Positions 12,724 to 24,822 of a stretch of 64,000 nt of DNA are shown one piece after another; position 1 is the first letter of the stretch; every line of letters begins with the position of its first letter. The notes beneath the pieces are model-generated. The model saw nothing but the letters and a program-made list of their open reading frames with translations. It had not been told where the DNA came from and made no database searches. The DNA lies in NCBI RefSeq assembly GCF_006345805.1, contig NC_043011.1, positions 27,106,464-27,170,463 of the forward strand, given 5' to 3'. Source of the DNA: Octopus sinensis. Lineage: Eukaryota. The translations under genes and the position numbers were made by a program.

Positions 12724-13319
12724 TACATTATTTACATTATTTACATTCGACGGATATTTGTCCTCATCTTGTTTGTTGTTAACACGACGTTTCGGCTGAT
12801 ATACCCTCCAGCCTTCTTCAGGTGACTTGGGGAAATTTCGAACCTGGGCTCTCATTTCTAAGGTATTTTTCGATCTTCTTCTTCTTCTTCTTCTTCTTCT
12901 TCTTCTTCTTCTTCTTCTTCTTCTCTTCTTCTTCTTCTTCTTCTTCTTCAGGTCACTGCTTGGAATCGAACTCGGAATCTTAGGGTTAGTAGCCCTCGCT
13001 CTTAACCACTACGCCATATGCCCGTGGGCATATGGCGTAGTGGCTAAGAGCGCGGGCTACTAACCCCAAGATTCCAAGTTCGATTCCAAGCAGTGACCTG
13101 AACAACAACAATAACAATAATAATAATAATAATATCAAAAAATACCTTAGGAATGAGGACCCAGGTTCGAAATTTTCCCCCAAGACACCCGAAGAAGGCT
13201 GGAGGGTATATCAGCCGAAGCGTTGTGTTAACAACAAACAAAATGAGGACAAATATCTGTCGAATGTAAATAATGTAAATAATGTACATAATTCCTCATC
13301 TCTTAAATATAGAACTGTA
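12724..13319. mobile_element. Head-to-head palindromic dimer of a tRNA-headed element with a hammerhead-like tail
   Basis: Arms 12724-13023 and 13026-13286, 2-nt spacer; A-box tggcgtagtgg, B-box gttcgattcc; direct repeat atattatttttta at 12713-12725 and 13319-13331. Confidence 0.88.
12781..12828 (-). ncRNA. Minimal type-I hammerhead ribozyme motif (H1)
   Basis: Minus strand aagtcac CTGAAGA a ggctg-gagggtatat-cagcc GAAA C GTC gtgtt; palindromic stem III ACGU; GUC triplet; short stem I with a mismatch. Confidence 0.72.
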
Positions 13320-13966
13320 TATTATTTTTTAGATGAGAACACTCAACATTGAAAATATTCTTCTTTTAACAAGTTCAAGAAGTATAACATTTATCCACAT
13401 TTCCCTTAAAGCTTTTCTTCATGTTTCTTTTCAGTTTTTTTCCTTGTAATTTTTTCACATTTTCTTTCTTTTTCCTGTACTTTCGCACAGCGAAGCTGTC
13501 ATTTGAACCTGAACAATTGCCGGATCATGGCACAGTAGGCTATGGACACCCGACGAGCATGAAACAAAGAGCTCATTAAATCACGCACGCACACACACAA
13601 ACACACACCACATACACACACACAAGTACGCGCACACACACACATACAAGTATCGCGCGCGCACACATACAAAACCACACAGAGACACACATACAGAAGC
13701 ACATACACACACAGAGACACACACATACACGAGTGAGTGAAGAAGCAAAGCTGAAGTAGCACTCAATACATTTGATTGGATTTACATTGCATTTAATAAC
13801 ATTTTGACTAAGTTCCGCATTACTTAGTTTCGTGGACATAGGCCGTGTCCACATCATCATATATTCGGCGAGTCTGGATATACAACCAAAAGCCCAGCTA
13901 GCCAATGCACAATGGTATAGTGTATAATACCTGCTGCGCGCAGCGATTACACTCTCTTATTACTCA

Positions 13967-14477
13967 CTAGCAGTATCGCCCGGCGTTGCTCGGGTTTGTA
14001 AGGGAAATAACTATATAAGCATTTTTAGAGAGTTACTTCTCTTATAGATGCCAATTCGGGCTTTCTTAGCCATTTCTGTTTTGGTGTCTTCAAGCCATGA
14101 AGTCGTTGTTCTAAAAGAACGCTGGTCTCCTTGACAACGCTTTACGACGTTGATTTCCTTACACTCCCTTCCCACAGCTTCACGAGGGAGGGAAGAAGGG
14201 GGAGAAGCAAACAGGTGCAGGTGTGACCCATGGACGCCAACTCCGCCGCCATCGACACACGAAAAATTATGCATTAAAATGGAATAAAAAATGATGTTAA
14301 ATTATTTTTAAAATCGTAGACTCATCGTAGACGCGCGCTAATACTCAGACGGGCTCGATATGAATCACGACTATAAGATACCCGAATTTGGTTAAACTGC
14401 ACCGCAAAATGTGGGAGTAGTTAGGAATCTAAATCGAAGGGGACAGACTCACACAACTACGGTTTTATATATATAGA
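13967..14477 (-). mobile_element. Non-autonomous Helitron sharing its 3' end with 8559-8937
   Basis: Minus strand starts A|TCTATATATATAAAA and ends cccgagcaacgccgggcgatactgCTAG|T; last ~65 bp near-identical to the 8559 element, rest unrelated. Confidence 0.85.
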
Positions 14478-15179
14478 TGTCGCCTATGGAAACTCATGTG
14501 TCAGAAATTCATTATCCTAGAATATCGTTGCTTTCCTATCCTCCTGCATTACTTTTCTAGGCACATGCTTATACCAGTTCTTTGTTACTTCGTATTGCTA
14601 TTTACAGCATAAAAGCTAAAAATGGTACAAACAGACTTCAACATAGCGGCGTTTGTATTCTTTTTGCTTAAGGGTCTCACATCCACTTTATTTCCTGAAA
14701 ATTCGCCATTAAGGCGTTACACAGAGGGGACATACAAATACAGACAAACATATAGGGTGTAGTAGCTTAAAACGTTTTAGTATTTACAATATAATGTGTA
14801 CAGTATTTACGATATAAAGTTTACAAATTTAATATCACATAGTAGGGCAAGGAACCCAGCCATCTGGGTAGAACCTTTACTTCTTGATCCGGTCACACTT
14901 ACCTGATGCCAAATATACCCAGCTTGCAAGCTACAGACTTCCATCTTTTTACAAACATATCTCGTGACTGACACCTCTTCTCCAGCCTGATCTTACTACC
15001 GAGGTGGTAACTAAAAAAGTTAACCAACCCCTGGTCGGATACAAAGGTACCTGTCACTATACCTTTCGTACGCATTGCCAAGAGGATTACATTTTCCCCA
15101 TTCTTTTCACTGTCTTTGCATTCTGGATGCCAGAAGTTTTGTAGATGTTATATTTCACCAAATTGGTAACAAGTGCTGC

Positions 15180-15715
15180 AATTATAAGGCTTTCAGTGGT
15201 ACGCTTTAAATCACCTTAAGCCATGTCCCTGATGTTTTATCCTTTGATATCCTGTGTATCTCTTTCAAACTGTGCATGCATTCTCATTTGTAAGAGATCT
15301 TATTTCCTATTCTCTTCAGTTCTTTGATTAAATTCTTCCTTATCAAACATTTCACCTGATTTATACCTATACCCTCTGGTGCATATTGCAACAACTCTTG
15401 TTCACTATTTACCAAATATTCTGCAAGCGTTCTCCTTTCATTCGTAATATAGTAATCCACACGGACGAAACCCATACCACCACTCCTTCTCTTAACATAC
15501 GATCTATTTATGTTTGCTTTAAGGTGTAAAGCTCCGTGTATCGTTATTAACTTCCTAGTCTTTCTGTCCAACTTTGATATATCTATTTCTGTTCACCTAA
15601 GAATGGACGCACCATAAAGAACTACTGCGACTGCCCAGATATTCATTGCACTGATTAAATTTTTCGCATTCAGGTAGGATTTTAAAATCAGTTTTACTCT
15701 TTTCAAAATGTCTCT
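15180..15715 (-). pseudogene. R4/Dong-clade non-LTR retrotransposon ORF fragment (post-RT region)
   Basis: Translation RVKLILKSYLNAKNLISAMNIWAV...LDRKTRKLITIHGALH...RRSGGMG...MHAQFER...DLKRTTESLIIAA matches typical R4-clade motifs; stops and frameshifts present. Confidence 0.8.
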
Positions 15716-15827
15716 CTAACATTTTCTTTCATTTCTGTATGTAAAATATCATATAAAATACCATATCATCATGATCATCATCATTATCATCATCATGCTC
15801 ATGATGATGATCATGATCATCATTATG

Positions 15828-16040
15828 AAAGCGGCGAGCTGGCAGAATCGTTAGCACGCCGGATGAAATGCTTAGCGGAATTTCGTCTGTTTACGTTCTG
15901 AGTTCAAATTCCGCCGAGGTCGACTTTGCCTTTCATCCTTTCGGGGTCGATAAATTAAGTACCGGTTACGTACTGGAGGCAATCTAATCGACTGGCCCCC
16001 GCCCACCAAATTTCAGGTCTTGTGCCTATAGTAGAGAGGA
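15828..16040 (+). mobile_element. SINE family B with (ATT)n tail
   Basis: aaagcggcgagctggcagaatcgttagcacgcc...tgtgcctatagtagagagg(att)n. Confidence 0.9.
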
Positions 16041-16069
16041 TTATTATTATCATTATTGTTATAATTAAA

Positions 16070-16102
<33 letters not shown>

Positions 16103-16130
16103 GTTGTTGTTGTTGTTGTTGTTATTATCA

Positions 16131-16240
16131 TCTTCTTTCAATTTTGTTTCGTTTCTTGCCGAGTGCCGTCCCAACACCTAGGGCAAAGAAATTTACTGTA
16201 TACATGAGTAGGCCATGAAAACAAACACCAAATTGTTCAC
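16131..16240 (-). mobile_element. 3' end of R4/Dong-like element (segment X)
   Basis: Reverse complement of 17150-17255 (ttctttgccctagg...cactcggcaagaaa...aaa.ttgaaagaag). Confidence 0.7.
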
Positions 16241-16344
16241 TTACAAAGTCATGTGATAGAAAAAAGGGAAGAAAGACAGAGGAAAGAAGGGGAAAAAAGA
16301 AAAACTGAAAACAAGAAAACAAAGAAAATAAGGGAAAGGAAAGA

Positions 16345-16519
16345 AAGAAGTGGAAGAATTTTGGAAAGAAATATGGTCGGCGAAGGAACAACCTGAGAAA
16401 GGGGCTATCAAAACAACGAACTTAGCACCTGAACAACTCTGGATCCCTATAACAACTGAAGAAGTCACCCAAGCACTGCAAAATCTAAGCAAAAACTAAG
16501 CAAAAACTAACAAAAACTA

Positions 16520-16556
<37 letters not shown>

Positions 16557-16890
16557 TAATAATAATAGTTTTTGTTAGTTTTTGCTTAGTTTTTGCAGTG
16601 CCTTGGTGATATCTTCAGTTGTCCAGAGTTGTTCAGGTGCTAAGTTCGTTGTTTTGACAGCCCTTTTCTCAGTTCCTTCGCCAACCATATTTCTTTCCAA
16701 AATTCTTCCACTTCTTCTGCTGTTGGTGCTGCATTGATGTCTATTTTATTTTTGTTAAGTTCTTGGTAGAATTTTTGGGGGTTGGAGTTGAACTGTTTGT
16801 TTTGTTCAAAGAAACGTTAGCGTTTCTCTTACCAGTGGATCCTTTGTACTTTGGCAAGGATATCTTGCTTTAGCTGTTCTTTTTACCTCA
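16345..16890. pseudogene. Inverted pair of R4/Dong-like ORF N-terminal fragments around a (TAA)n spacer
   Basis: 16345-16519 (+, EVEEFWKEIW...) pairs with 16566-16716 (-); the minus copy extends to ~16890 (FNSNPQKFYQELNK...). Confidence 0.75.
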
Positions 16891-16971
16891 GGTAATAATA
16901 ATAATAATAATAATGATAATAATAATAATAATAATAATGATAATAATAATAATAATAACAACAACAACAAC

Positions 16972-17042
<71 letters not shown>

Positions 17043-17046
<4 letters not shown>

Positions 17047-17260
17047 CTGGTACATCACACATATTGAGAAGAGCATTGTCGATGTGAGAACTGTTGCTGC
17101 TCATGTATTTTAATTTAACTTAAAAAAAAAAAATTTTAAATGAACGAACTATTGAGTTTGGTTTAATGGCCTACCAATGTATACTATGAGTTTCTTTGCC
17201 CTAGGAGTCGGGAAGACACTCGGCAAGAAATGGAAGCAAATTTGAAAGAAGAAAAAAAAA

Positions 17261-17261
<1 letters not shown>
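17043..17261 (+). mobile_element. 5'-truncated R4/Dong-like 3' end inserted in (TAA)n
   Basis: Begins KTGTSHILRRALSM* (resembles the R4 ORF C-terminus GTAHILRR), then UTR, A-run and (TAA)n. Confidence 0.7.
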
Positions 17262-17311
<50 letters not shown>

Positions 17312-17313
<2 letters not shown>

Positions 17314-17430
17314 CTTTTCTACTATAGGCACAAGGACTGAAATTTAGGTGGAGAGAACCAGCCGATTACATCGACCTTAGTGTTTCATTGGTACTTAATT
17401 TATCGACCTCGAAAGGATTAAGGGCGGTGT
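17312..17430 (-). mobile_element. SINE family B, 3' fragment
   Basis: cttttctactataggcacaagg...ggtacttaatttatcgacctcgaaagg. Confidence 0.8.
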
Positions 17431-17958
17431 TTTGCAGGCGGCGTACATCAGCATTCTTGAAACTATCTTGAAGTATATTGAAAAGCAAATATTTTGATAT
17501 TTTCTAAATATTTTAAATCATAGCGGAGAAAGAATTAATTATAATGAGCGATGACAAGACATGTTTCCTTGTCTCCAAAGCAAGAAAATACTGACGTAGT
17601 GTTGATTACAGTAAACGACGTCACCACCACGCCAGCGAAAATAAACACAGAAAGCAATACATTTTTGTCGCTGCAATAAGTTTTGACAAGTTCAGCGAAT
17701 CAACAATTCAACGATACATTCGACAATTTCGTTAACACCAACGACAACAACAATCACAACAATAATGACGTCGACGACGACGACTTCAACAATAATACAG
17801 TTGACAAGTGTAAAGAAGGAAAAAATAAAGAAAATTTTTAAAGAAACTCGAACACCACCTCCGCCGCCTCCGTCGCCACCACCACCGTCTCCATTGCCAC
17901 CACCACCACCACCACCACAACCACTGCAGTCGTTACAGTCGTTACAACAACAACAAGA

Positions 17959-18150
17959 GTGGAGGCACAATGGCCTAGTGGTTAGGGCAGCGGACTCGCG
18001 GTCGGAAGAACGCGGTTTCGATTCCCAGACTGGGCATTGTGTTTATTGAACAAAAGCACCTAAGCTCCACGAGGCTCCGGTGGGGTGGGGTTGGTGAACA
18101 CCGCTGTACTCTTTCACCACAACTTTCTCTCACTCTTTCTTCCTACTTCT
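17959..18150 (+). mobile_element. OR-like tRNA SINE, 3'-truncated
   Basis: gtggaggcacaatggcctagtggttagggcagcggactcgcggtc matches 694 and 58872 copies. Confidence 0.85.
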
Positions 18151-18404
18151 GCCACAAAGCAGAGGAACCCACTATGGTGTGGTAAACTTTCAGACCCTAG
18201 TCTAGATTGCGAATCCTCTGTACCCCAGGATGGTTCAGCTCTCCACCCGTTAAAAGCCACCGTTTACTGAATGAGGATAACAACGTAGCTTTTGCGCCCG
18301 TGCAACCGCCAGTCTATCTTTTATTCTTTGTGGCTAATGGCGTGAGTCCTGATTGGAAGAAGAAGAAGAAGACCACCACCACAACAAGAGATGCTGAAAA
18401 AGGG

Positions 18405-19440
18405 ATTTCTTTTGCGAGTGTTGCAAGAAATCAGGAAAATTTCTGTACAAATAAATATTTAAAGCAGGCCTGAAAATTATTGAAAATATCGGGAGAAGAG
18501 TAGCGCTCAACACTCCATCCGGGGTGATAGAAAACGCTTTGAGATGCTCGGTTACATACATACCGCTGCATTGAGCAAAATGGTGCCGGATGGAAAACAC
18601 TACTGAGGCCTTAATTAAAAAATACCTTGGGTGCGTGTAGAAACAAGAACTACATCACTCGAGGAAAAACGTTAGCGATTTGGGACTGTGGAAGAAGTCA
18701 GGTTTTATTCCGCGACGACACTGAAGAATGAAAAACTTTTCTTAATCTCCAGTTATAGCGGCTAGCACCTTGCTAAAGTTAGGGCGATAAACGTGCCGCC
18801 AGAAATATCCATCATTTGGTCGGTGGCGGCCTTCCTAATGGGTATAGAGGAAGAGGTGACTATCCTGGAGATAAAGAAAATACCTCATCAAAACTGGTCA
18901 GGTATAGGTATGAAACTGACCATACGAAATAACCAAACATATATTGACGAAGTACCTGACCTGATAGACCTCTCAGGTGTCATCCACCTGTCAGTGATAG
19001 TGGAGAGTAGAAAGTCAACTTCCACATATGTGAATCCGTGACTCACTTAAAAGCTACCTGTCCTCTGGCGAAGAAGACAAAGCAGTCACTGCTTCCAACA
19101 CTATAAACACAAGATTCCAACACCCGATAGCCAAACCAAAACAATGAAGGCGTTTACTTCCGCCTCCCAGGCAAAACAAACTTCTCCTGAACACCCTACT
19201 CTCCAAACCGACGACAACAGCAATGACATTGAGAACGAAGAGCAGGCCGGAGCATGGATCACAATCACAAAACGGGACAGGCGTAAGAGGAGGAGGGTAT
19301 ACAGCCTTACTCCAAGAACATGTACTCCAAAAACAAACACACAAACTACAACTGCAGCCCAATTCACAACTACAACAACAGCAACATCATCAACAACAAG
19401 AAAACACAGAAACACCACTGGTTGTTGACATGCGCCCCAG
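18405..19440 (+). pseudogene. Decayed gag-like ORF1 of a non-LTR retrotransposon (L1/Tx1-like)
   Basis: SFASVA motif (18408), VRAINVPPEI...VIVE segment, degenerate CCHC knuckle (F)HICESVTHLKATC at 19020-19064, basic/low-complexity tail; many stops and frameshifts. Confidence 0.6.
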
Positions 19441-21917
19441 TCAACTGCCATTTAACTAGTTCACTAATCCGATCCCTGTAGTCTTTGCGTACCGAAGGAC
19501 GAGTTCAGCTTCGAGTAATCGGATCCCTGTTAGATTTTTAAATTTTTAAATTTAAAAATTTTAAAAATCTTATTTTATTTTATATATGTATTTTCTGTTA
19601 TCATTATTTTATTATTACCTTTTTTTAAAAAATATATTTAAAAAATTCTTTTAATTCTTTTAGTTTTTAATTTTTTTTAGTTTGCTTTAATTTTACTTTT
19701 TAAAATTTTTAGTTTTTATTTTAATCCTTCGTTTTTTGAAATTCTTTTGATTTAATTTAATTTAATTTAAAATTATATTCGGTCTTCATTTTCATTTGGT
19801 TTTTAAATAACTGCACTATATTTTATTTTATTTTATTTTATTTTAACCTCACATTTCTCCTTCTATATCTAATAGCCAAGCTCACTAAACCTTTCTCAAC
19901 CTTACCATCACAATATAGTTACTGCTGACTTTTCATTCATTTTCTAATGCAATTCGTCCAAAATACTGGATAGTACATATGACCAAATATTAAAGATTTA
20001 AAATGACCATCTAAGTAAGTGACCTATATCAAATTTCCTCACAATGTCTGGATAATATTTGAACTGAAAAGAATGCAAATGTTTTCACCTGTGATGATCC
20101 AGTGACAAACGCTAATGTTATTATAACTGTCCTTTCCTTAATTTCGGCCATCTTCTGTCCCTTTTTCTATCGAATGCCTTTCCTCTTCTATTCTTTCTAT
20201 TCCTTGCTTTCTTCCTTTCTTTCCTTCTCTTCCCTTTAGTCATCTTCTAAATCATCACTTCTCTTCTCCGTTCCTCTTTATCTCTCTTTCACTTATACTG
20301 AATCGTATTGCCTCTCTTCGCTCCCCCACTCCATACCTGTACCATTCCTTCAGTATTCTGCTTGGTTGTAACAAGAAATGACTCTGACGGAAGTAGCATT
20401 AAACTTTTTAGATCGTTCAATTTCTCTCAACCGAACAATGAACCGATTGTGTAAAACCTATCAATAACGAACCTATAATGACTACCGGAAACAGCTGTAA
20501 GTCAAATTTACAACAATAAAGAAAAATATGTAATGACCATTATTTATGCCTTGAACAAATATACATGTATATAAATGATACAATAAACGTTTCCTTCATT
20601 ATGTTGTTACCGCTCGTGAGCTTTAATAAAATCTCACGATTTTGTAATTCTGGAGCAAGAATCACAATAATTCCACCCAGAATCGTACGTTGTATGTCAT
20701 TAATCTCAATTTTTATGAAGAGTGGGTAAATGCGGTTTGTTAGCTTTTTGCAGAGTGTCAATAAAGACACTATTATCCTTGGATTTCCGATTTTAACCGT
20801 ACTGTTCTAATGATCAACGACTCTTCATTTTGATTTGTAGTTATTCTCTCATTCAGATAAATTTAATGAACCCTTAAACAGTACCGAAATCCTTTTCAAT
20901 CAGTTGAAACGTTATATTTCCAAAGTCAAAGTATAAAGATTAAAGCTGGAGAATTAATTGAGCGTTTGAGGAAAATTAAGCATTTGTTTCCTTTTTGAAC
21001 TGGTACTTTAAGTATGTTTCCAACACGGTCACTTACTGGTATGCATAGGCGTATGAAATCTTTTGGGCTATCAAACGAATAATAGTTGTTTCTAATACTT
21101 GAAATAGCAGTAAAAAGCTTCCATATTATATCTTGCCGTCTTACACGAATAAGAATATATTGAGTGTCTTCGACTAACGTGCTATTTAGTTCTGGTGTAC
21201 CTAAACCTAATTTTGATAGAATTTACAGTCGAATTAAAAACATTCTTCAAGTAGTTAATTTAATAATGATTTCTATTATAAAATTATGTATATGCATACA
21301 TATATACATACATACATGCATAAAGAGACACACACATACACCCACACATAGAGAGAGTGTGTGTGTGAGTATGCGTGTGTGTATCCGGTTCCCTCTTTTC
21401 AAGAGAAGATAGGTTACAAAAATTTAGATCCTTTTCCGTAAAAAAATATCTATACTAAATGATTGAACACAAAATATCCCAACAAGCCGTAAAAGGTCAA
21501 GAGACCAGTGCACTGAGACTGAATTTGAAAAAAGGAACTACACACACCACGAGAGAAATTGTAAAACCCCCTTTTTTCCGACCTTTTTCTCTTCTTTACT
21601 TATTTTATAAAATCTCAATATAAAAGAACTTTCAGTAACATATATTTGTTTTGATCTTCGTGGAACACTTCCATGTGAAACTGAAATTTCTGTGAACATT
21701 TGAACATCTGATGTTTTAAGCATGCTTGTCCAATTTTTACCTTGTAATTTTTGAAACTCCCCTAAACCCCCATTCTTTAGAGATATACATTTGTATCATT
21801 TATAAGCAAAAAAATTGTCGAAAATAATTTGGTATGTAAATAAATATATTTATAAACGACCACACGTTTTTCAGATTTAGGTGCATTTTCAAACCCCAAA
21901 ACAAGTCTTATATATAT

Positions 21918-22301
21918 ATTGATAGAAATGGTAAGACAACAAAAGAATGAAAGAGACCTCGATATTATGTAAATAGAGGAATTTATCTGTAAATGTAATA
22001 TATGACAATTATTCGGTAGCCATGATAAAACTCCGAGTTTCAGATGTCGGGGTGGAAATCCACGCCGCCATCTCTTCAGTTAGCTGGCTATCAGAAAAAA
22101 ATACTATGAAAATGACCCCATTTTCATAGCATTTTTTCCGATGGCCGGATAACTGAAGAGATGGCGGCGTGGATTCCATTTTCATAGCATTTTTTCCGAT
22201 AGCTGGATAACTGAAGAGATGGCGGCGTGGATTTTCACCCCGACATCCGAAACTCGGAGTTTTATCATGGCTACTGAATAATTGTCGCATATTACATTTA
22301 C

Positions 22302-22306
<5 letters not shown>
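21918..22306. mobile_element. Palindromic element (Penelope pLTR-like) flanked by (TA)n; family also at 40991-41228
   Basis: Arms 21984-22114 and 22119-22306, with a 58-bp-period duplication in the right arm; unique leader tggtaagacaacaaaagaatgaaagagacctc. Confidence 0.85.
22200..22273 (+). ncRNA. Type-I hammerhead ribozyme motif (H2)
   Basis: tagc-tg-gataa CTGAAGA gatg...catc c GAAA ctc g gag TT ttatc-atg-gcta; stem I gataa/ttatc plus tagc/gcta; long stem II; one extra C before GAAA. Confidence 0.7.
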
Positions 22307-22363
<57 letters not shown>

Positions 22364-22780
22364 TTATATTTAAGTAGGTGAATGAATTATCCTATGTTTA
22401 TCGTCAGCATATTCTTTTCTCTAAGGTTCCCCTAGTAAACACACTCATAGAAAAATCATACAAATGTAAACACTGGGAGAAACACACTTTCTACTCATAT
22501 AAATGATAATGATAGTCACTGTGGTTTGAACAATTAGCTTTACGTCCACCCCACTACTGTAGAGAAATTATTTCCTAAGCCTTCGAACATTCTTTCAATC
22601 AACGTACCCTTTCCTCTCCACTTGTTCCCTACCTATTATTCCTTTATCCCTTCTCTTCCTACTATCTATCTTTGAAGTCAATTCTTCTAACATTGTTTTA
22701 AAAAAAGCACTCATTATCGCTTTGTTTACCATGTAGGCAATCATCGAAATTTTTGTTTGTCTTGTTGTCGAGAGAGGCTC

Positions 22781-22873
22781 CCTTTCTTTCCTGATGAAAA
22801 GATTGCATAATGCACCCTTTATTCCTTTGGAATGAAAACATGCTGTCTTCGAAACATATGTCGAGAGTAAAGG
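22781..22873 (+). ncRNA. Type-I hammerhead ribozyme motif (H3) with extended stem II
   Basis: cctttctttc CTGATGA aaagat-t-gcat...atgc-t-gtcttc GAAA CATATG TC gagag(t)aaagg; palindromic stem III ACATATGT; GUC triplet; first stem-II pair is A.C. Confidence 0.65.
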
Positions 22874-23172
22874 AATTTTGTTAACATCTTCGTTCGACTC
22901 CATTCTTTCATTTATATATATATATATATATATAAATATGTACGCACACACAAACATATATACCTATAGGTATGTGTATATATATATGTGTGTGTGTATA
23001 TGCATGTGTGTATGTGCGCGTGTATGTATGCGCGCGTGTGTTTTAAAATATTTGAAAAGCTGAAATGCAGCGAAAGCGCTCACACAGTACGAAAAGTTGG
23101 AAAAGATTTGTGACGTTCTGCTTTTTAAAGGATTTTATATAACTTTTAATTTAAGAAAATCTTTCTTCAAAT

Positions 23173-23216
<44 letters not shown>

Positions 23217-23294
23217 ACACACACACACACACACAAACACACACGTATGCATGCATACATACATACACATGCGTGCACACTCACACGCAACATA

Positions 23295-23351
23295 CTTCTG
23301 CATCGTTTTCGTCTAACATTTTTTCCACTTTGACAGAATCTTCAGCAGAAG
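23295..23351 (-). ncRNA. Degenerate hammerhead-like motif (H4)
   Basis: Minus strand cttctg CTGAAGA ttctgtca...tgttagac GAAA acgat g cagaag; perfect 6-bp stem I but G17 and imperfect stems II and III. Confidence 0.45.
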
Positions 23352-24409
23352 ATAGCTGCCCATAGTGTTGTGCTTTATATTAAAAATTTTGTATTGCAGA
23401 TAACAGACGATAAATTTTGATTCTTTGTGGTAACTGCCAAAATGTATCAAAATTATACAAAAACCGTAAAAAAGAAAACTATTTCGATCTTCTGAGTTTA
23501 GTTCCCATAAGATTAACGGTTCGCAAATTAATTTTTCTATCTTCGACTACTTTCATTTACTGAATATTTCTCATGGATCAACCGAGCATAAAAAATTCAG
23601 TAGAATTTAATCAAAATTTTAAATAGAATGTAATTAGTAATCAAATAATACAAATATGTATGTAATACAAAAATAGAGAAAAACTAATTAAAGTATACAA
23701 ATGCATGGACACATACTGACAAGCCCTAACTTTTGATATTTCTGAAAATATGTGGCAGAGGATTCTTCTGTGAACCACCGAGAATTTTGTTATTAGACCA
23801 TCTGGGGACCCAAGTATCACAGACTCAGAGCCGCTACACTAGAGTCTCTTTATCCTGCTGTCGATAAAATTTAAATAAAGCATGCGGTAGTTTACTAGTG
23901 ATGTTGGAAAAAATGCAGAACATCTGTGTCTTCCTTATGAGAATAACTGGAGTAATTGAAGCAAAATACACGTGATGTCTCATAGCGGAAGTTAACATAA
24001 TAAAAATAAACATTTCTTTATAATATTTCGCGGGATCAGAAGTTTGAATTTGAAATTAGGGAATAAGGAAAAAGATGCATAGAACACACGTATTTGATTT
24101 TTTTCTGTTGCTTACTCATTACAGCGTTCCTAAAATTTCTATTCAGTGGTAATCGTATATAGCACTATTTCATTCTTTTTAGAATTCGTCAGCATGACAT
24201 AACTGAGATATATAAATTGAACATTTTATGAAGCGAGATATTTCTTATAGGTGTAAAATAATTACAATCTTCAAGAAATTCATGGAATGTGTTTTTCTTT
24301 TATTCCTTTTCTCATGACAAAACATTAGTAATTTAACAATCGAGAGAGAAGAGAAAGTCCTTTATGTATACATATACATATATAGAATGTCCTTTATGTA
24401 TACATATAT

Positions 24410-24822
24410 AGGCACAGGAGTGGCTGTGTGGTAAGTAGCTTGTTTACCAACCACATGGTTCCGGGTTCAGTCCCACTGCGTGGCACCTTGGGAAAGTGTC
24501 TTCTACTATAGCCTCGGGCCGACCAAAGCCTTGTGAGTGGACTTGGTAGACGGAAACTGAAAGAAGCCCGTCGTATATATGTATATATATGCGTGTGTGT
24601 GTGTGTTTGTGTGTCTGTGTTCGTCCCCCTAGCATTGCTTGACAACCGATGCTGGTGTTTTTACGTCCCCGTTACTTAGTGGTTCGGCAAAAGAGACCGA
24701 TAGAATAAGTACTGGGTTTACAAAAGAATAAGTCCCGGGGTCGAGTTGCTCTACTAAAGGCGGTGCTCCAGCATGGCCGCAGTCAAAAGACTGAAACAAG
24801 TAAAAGAGTAAAGAGTAAAGAG
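24410..24822 (+). mobile_element. SINE family A, full length
   Basis: Complete head, internal microsatellite and tail. Confidence 0.92.

Noticed and set aside
13026-13100. Possible genuine tRNA gene
   Set aside because: A/B boxes and an anticodon-like loop are present, but I see no complete acceptor stem, and the sequence is embedded in a repeat; treated as a SINE head.
20540-20830. Minus-strand 76-aa ORF, loosely like a BEL/Pao integrase tail
   Set aside because: Similarity is too weak, stops lie upstream, and there are no splice signals or other LTR-element parts.
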